Part shown: positions 60,201 through 64,000 of the stretch, piece after piece | How positions within the stretch are numbered: the first letter of the stretch is position 1 | How the letters are laid out: each line of letters starts with the position of its first letter | DNA from: Candidatus Bathyarchaeia archaeon | Lineage (GTDB): Archaea; Thermoproteota; Bathyarchaeia; TCS64 | NCBI GenBank assembly: GCA_050014495.1 | Contig: JBEKDF010000004.1 | Location: forward strand, 32,001 to 96,000 | Direction of reading: 5' to 3' | DNA: 64,000 bases | Translations under genes and position numbers: made by a program | The notes under the pieces: generated by a model | What the model saw: the letters and a program-made list of their open reading frames with translations, nothing else | The model's database searches: none | Told to the model about the DNA's origin: nothing

Positions 60201-60407
60201 TGGTTAACCAATTTACTAATTATATAAGCCATTATTTAGCTTTGTTCTGTGTTTCATTTCCAAAAATGGCCCATTTTAATTTTATAAAGCTATAATAGCT
60301 ATATTATGATAAGATATGTTGTATAACAGAATGATTTAGAGTAATAGCTATTTAAAATACATAACTACTTTACATAAACCTATTATTAATGTATGCATAA
60401 TAACAAA

Positions 60408-60480
60408 CACGCGGATAAGTCCTGTCCGAAGCAATGAAACCCGTGGATGCGGTGTGGGAGTGTGTAGGACAGGCACGCAA
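60408..60480 (-). ncRNA. Candidate DUF3800-associated structured RNA
   Basis: GC-rich island directly after the DUF3800 stop; CCUGUCC (60473-60467) pairs with GGACAGG (60427-60421) around a 39-nt core. Confidence 0.55.
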
Positions 60481-60484
60481 CTAT

Positions 60485-61141
60485 TCATCTATGCCACAAA
60501 TATGTTTCCTTTGTAATCCTCGTATTAATTATATCTAGAAAAGTAGAGTTGCCACGTTCGTATCTTTGAAATGCCGCCCCTGCAATGAAGTCAGCAACTT
60601 GAACACATTTGTTACTATGAGAATAACAATGTTCGACAGTGAGATTTCCGAGATTAAATGGTGTTTTCCTTTTCAGAACTTGTTGCCAAATATAAGAAGC
60701 CTTATCAAAGGCGTACAAGTTGAAAGCTTCAGCTCTAGTCCTGTCCTTGCTCCTATCAATATGAATATTTATTGGTGCGATATTATCGTAGAAACTTAAA
60801 AGATCCCTCATAAGGAATTCTAAAATCGTGTAATTATAAAGTACATCCGGAATCTTCCTAAGGTTGGCTTTAACCTGATCTTTTTCCAGTATGATCAAGC
60901 CAGCCGTCCATTCAACATTTAATAGTTTAGTTAATATCTGTTCCCTGATTTCAGAACGAGACCCTGAAAACTTCAGTTCTTTTCCTGCGTATCTCTTTTT
61001 CGTTTTACTACGCCCAAGGAACCTCTTCATGACCCGCACAATCGGCGTTGAATTATCACATATAAGATAGGATACGATGAAGAACCGACTGCTACCTAAG
61101 CTGAAACCTAAGTCACCCGATTCATCTACGTAAATATCCAC
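60485..61141 (-). CDS. DUF3800 domain protein
   Basis: N-terminal YVDESGDLG, ELKFS and C-terminal QVADFIAG (DE and QxxD motifs). Confidence 0.9.
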   Translation of the reverse strand: MDIYVDESGDLGFSLGSSRFFIVSYLICDNSTPIVRVMKRFLGRSKTKKRYAGKELKFSGSRSEIREQILTKLLNVEWTAGLIILEKDQVKANLRKIPDVLYNYTILEFLMRDLLSFYDNIAPINIHIDRSKDRTRAEAFNLYAFDKASYIWQQVLKRKTPFNLGNLTVEHCYSHSNKCVQVADFIAGAAFQRYERGNSTFLDIINTRITKETYLWHR

Positions 61142-61289
61142 GTCGAAGTAAAGCTACCTTTGAGATTAAAAATACCTTTGGTGAAAATTTCTAGGCTTGA
61201 AAGTTTAAACACCCATGACAAATAACTTAACAGTATCGTTGATTCGTATCCCTTAAATAGCTATTAACAGTTGGAGTAGATGATATAGT

Positions 61290-61769
61290 TTGAAGGTTAA
61301 GGGGTTATTCGTAGTCTCGTGTTTGCTGCTATTTACGTTAGCTTTAGCGTTGCCGGTGGTTGCCCCTGTTTCGGCTAATAGTAGTTATGACAAGTGTGAT
61401 AGGCGTGATAGCTTCGGCCGGCTCAAGCCGGTTGTGGTGGCACCCAAAATTGTGTTTGAGAAGTGGGTTAGATCCACAAATGGGGTGCGGTTCTACTACA
61501 TCGTGACCGCCGGCTCAAAGGATGTAACAACATGGAGCCTGACGAGCCTAGCATTCATGAGGACACCGCCGGTTGGCACCTCTGAGACGCCTTATGTCTA
61601 TAATCAGAAGCTGTTGACCCTAAAGTTTGAGAAGCCCATCAAGGCGGGGCAGTGCAGGGAATTCTGGTTCGACCTGAAGCTCGACTACAGGGGATTCAAG
61701 CTAGGCCCTTGCCTGTACGATATTACTGCGAACCTACCCTACCTCGGGTTAGTTAAGGGGCCCATTTAG
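61290..61769 (+). CDS. Secreted hypothetical protein
   Basis: Signal-peptide-like N-terminus; beta-rich mature part. Confidence 0.6.
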   Translation: MKVKGLFVVSCLLLFTLALALPVVAPVSANSSYDKCDRRDSFGRLKPVVVAPKIVFEKWVRSTNGVRFYYIVTAGSKDVTTWSLTSLAFMRTPPVGTSETPYVYNQKLLTLKFEKPIKAGQCREFWFDLKLDYRGFKLGPCLYDITANLPYLGLVKGPI

Positions 61770-61816
61770 CACTGCGGTTAGGAGGCCATTCGTCCCTATT
61801 ATATGCTTTAACTGTA

Positions 61817-62210
61817 GTCCACCCCCGTCCAAGGGTTTCCAGGTTATTTTAGCGATTTGTCCAGAGTTCCATGCGTATTTCATGTGTCCCATCTCAGTCC
61901 ATTAGTCCGTCTTTTGTCCATTAGTCCAAGTTGGGATCACACCTCACCTCCTCTTTTGATTTCCTGAGCCTCCCTAGCTATAGGAGCTAATGTAGGGTAG
62001 TGGTCAAGTATGCTGGTGGTTAGGTGTAGTGGGACAGGGGGATGGGCTCGCTGGAATATTCAGAGTATTGGACCTGGGGTAGTTTTAGTGTAAAAATGAT
62101 GGACGGGGAGGACTGACTTGAGACTCGGTGGACATCCATCGTACTTGGTGGACGGAAGTGATAGATACTCACAATTGCGAGAAAAATTGTATGCGCCTGG
62201 ACTTTAGGAC
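61817..62210. repeat. Mirror-symmetric array: 8 GTCC on the left and 8 GGAC on the right
   Basis: GTCC at 61817, 61827, 61859, 61886, 61897, 61905, 61916, 61924; GGAC at 62032, 62070, 62101, 62110, 62130, 62150, 62199, 62207. Confidence 0.6.
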
Positions 62211-63073
62211 AAGTTTCCAAGCTCATCGCTTATTAGAGAAATTAGATGAGAGTCGGACTCCCTGGCGATTCTGATCAATTCAAGTTTGATGTCGGATACC
62301 TTCTCTGGATATTTGGATTGTAGAAGGGTTCTAGCCGATCCTCGGAAAGTTGAACCTTCCCGTAACAATTGGAGATAAGCGTCTTTTACTATCGCGTACT
62401 TCTCCGATGGCGCCACGATCTCAGCGAGGACCCTGAGGGTATCCATCCGGATAGCCTCCGTTTTATCAGTCTTTTGCAGCTCCGCGTAGAATAGTTTCAG
62501 GAGGTCTTTCCTGAAGATTTCGTCGAGTGTTCTTAGCTTGGCTTCGTCGGATATTCTTGAGAGGTTTAGTACAATTTGTATGAGCTCGTTTTGATGATTG
62601 CTTTTTGTTTTGTCGAATATTTTCTCTTTAAGTTTCTCCAGATATTCATCGGCGGGATAATTCCTTTTTGTGCTCTCCGCGGATAAACCGGAGATAGCCA
62701 TCTCGATCATTTGCTCGTTGCTTGAATCTAACATGTTGAAGTACTCTTTTAGTACCCTATCGTCGGAGTATTCATTCTCAGCCAGTCTCTTACCCAGATA
62801 ACCATCTACTATGCTGTATAACCGGAAGCTGATATCAGATAACTTGATTATCTTCTGGGGCTTACCCCTCCCCTTTTTCTCCTCCTCTAAAATTATAAGA
62901 TCCGATTCTATCATGGAGTTAACGGCTTTTGAAAGGGTGCCCTGGTCCCACTCCGTGAGGACAGCTAGTTGGCTAATCGAATAACTCCTATCGGGATATA
63001 ACACAGATATTATCTTTAGATTCTGACTGAATTGCTTGAGAAGCTGCCTTTTATCTTCGCTGTATCCCGCCAT
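62204..63073 (-). CDS. wHTH DNA-binding protein with helical C-terminal domain
   Basis: SISQLAVLTEWDQGTLSKAVNSMIESDLI followed by wing GRGKPQKIIKLS. Confidence 0.75.
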   Translation of the reverse strand: MAGYSEDKRQLLKQFSQNLKIISVLYPDRSYSISQLAVLTEWDQGTLSKAVNSMIESDLIILEEEKKGRGKPQKIIKLSDISFRLYSIVDGYLGKRLAENEYSDDRVLKEYFNMLDSSNEQMIEMAISGLSAESTKRNYPADEYLEKLKEKIFDKTKSNHQNELIQIVLNLSRISDEAKLRTLDEIFRKDLLKLFYAELQKTDKTEAIRMDTLRVLAEIVAPSEKYAIVKDAYLQLLREGSTFRGSARTLLQSKYPEKVSDIKLELIRIARESDSHLISLISDELGNLS

Positions 63074-63158
63074 GAATAGGTAGTTTGTATCAATCCCCTT
63101 ATAAATATTATAAAAAGGTTTATAATATTAGGGGAATACTCCATATTTAGGTGCGATA

Positions 63159-64000
63159 ATGGTAAGTAAAGTCGATCAGATACTCGAGCAAATGAGAGAA
63201 GGAGTATCAGTCGAGGAGATAGACGACAGCAGTAAGTCGAGTTACTATAAGGCATGGGGCATCTTCAAGCACGAGGCCGACGCCATCTATACGAGGATCA
63301 CCAGCGACATAAAGGGAGCCAAGTCCCAGAAAGCAGCAATAGACAACGAAGTCGCTCAGGGCAAATCAGAGCTCAGTGCTGTTAGTAAAGCTCTCGAAGC
63401 CAAGAAGAAGGACCTCGAGAGGACAACGGTGGCCAGGGACGCTGCCAAGAAGGAGACAGACGCTCTTCAGGCTAAGTCGGCTGCTATCAACTCCAGGTTA
63501 TCAGACATGGCGAAGAGAGGCATCACGGAGAGCACCATAGAGGCAGTTGCGTCCACCGACGCTACCAGCCCAGTCGAGCTACTCGACAGGGTCCGCACAG
63601 CCGCGGAGAATCAGCTACTGACAAAGGCCAATGAGGAGCTGAAGGTGAAGAACACAAAGCTCTCCAATGGTCTCAACTTAATGACTGCGACACAGGAGGT
63701 AATCAAGAAGCAGACACAGTCAGAGGAGAACAAGCGTGACGAGTTCAGGAGGGTTAACGCACTCTACATAGTTCTGCTTGATCTAATCTTCGACTTTTTT
63801 AAGCGGGGCTACACCGAGGACCACTTCAAGATGCTGCTCAACGGGCTGAGGAAGCTCGAGATCATCGGGCAGCCCAGGGCCTCGGTGATACGCCTCCTCA
63901 AGGCCTTGGAGAAGATCAGGACGCTTGAGGAGCTTGACTCGGCCATCCAGGTGAAGGAGGCCACGCTCGCAGCACTCCAGGGGAAAGTCAACGAGCTTAG
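63159..64000 (+). CDS. Long coiled-coil protein, partial (runs off window); not in ORF track
   Basis: AGGTG SD then MVSKVDQILEQMREGVSVEEIDDSSKSSYYKAW..; heptad-rich frame that appears open to the window end. Confidence 0.75.
   Translation, partial: MVSKVDQILEQMREGVSVEEIDDSSKSSYYKAWGIFKHEADAIYTRITSDIKGAKSQKAAIDNEVAQGKSELSAVSKALEAKKKDLERTTVARDAAKKETDALQAKSAAINSRLSDMAKRGITESTIEAVASTDATSPVELLDRVRTAAENQLLTKANEELKVKNTKLSNGLNLMTATQEVIKKQTQSEENKRDEFRRVNALYIVLLDLIFDFFKRGYTEDHFKMLLNGLRKLEIIGQPRASVIRLLKALEKIRTLEELDSAIQVKEATLAALQGKVNEL

Noticed and set aside
60408..60480. Hammerhead ribozyme or simple intrinsic terminator
   Set aside because: No CUGANGA core on either strand; the loop is 39 nt and no U-tract abuts the stem.
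63809..63991. 60-aa minus-strand ORF
   Set aside because: Antisense to the long plus-strand coiled-coil frame starting at 63159.
1..64000. CRISPR array, tRNA or rRNA genes
   Set aside because: No regularly spaced 24-40 nt repeats, cloverleaf with T-loop or rRNA-like segment seen by eye; tRNAscan-SE would be decisive.

Overview
Archaeal chromosomal DNA, most consistent with Bathyarchaeia/TACK (inferred from Alba, archaeal-type AspRS, Pth2, geranylgeranyl reductase, a DUF1610 zinc finger, archaeal AsnA and TATA-like promoters). The first 20 kb is dense core and metabolic sequence: amino-acid catabolism genes, an ABC transporter, an M28 peptidase, nth, albA-nusA-like-aspS-pth2 and an FKBP. From about 20 to 60 kb is an accessory patchwork of single genes and many short gene remnants, including a haloarchaea-type mevalonate-phosphate decarboxylase, an AprAB-like flavoprotein/ferredoxin pair, a Mo-bisPGD oxidoreductase, an ABC exporter and surface proteins. 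The last 5 kb is low-GC and mobile-element-like: a DUF3800 gene with a candidate 3' structured RNA, a mirror-symmetric GTCC/GGAC array and a divergent wHTH/coiled-coil pair. The main unexplained signal is at least 17 pure (CG)n tracts of 8-10 nt, none inside a long intact gene, several sitting exactly where a gene remnant is truncated or internally deleted. This suggests an undescribed deletion or end-joining process that uses or writes (CG)n scars. I saw no tRNA, rRNA, CRISPR array, integrase or transposase. All family calls are from motif recognition, not database searches.
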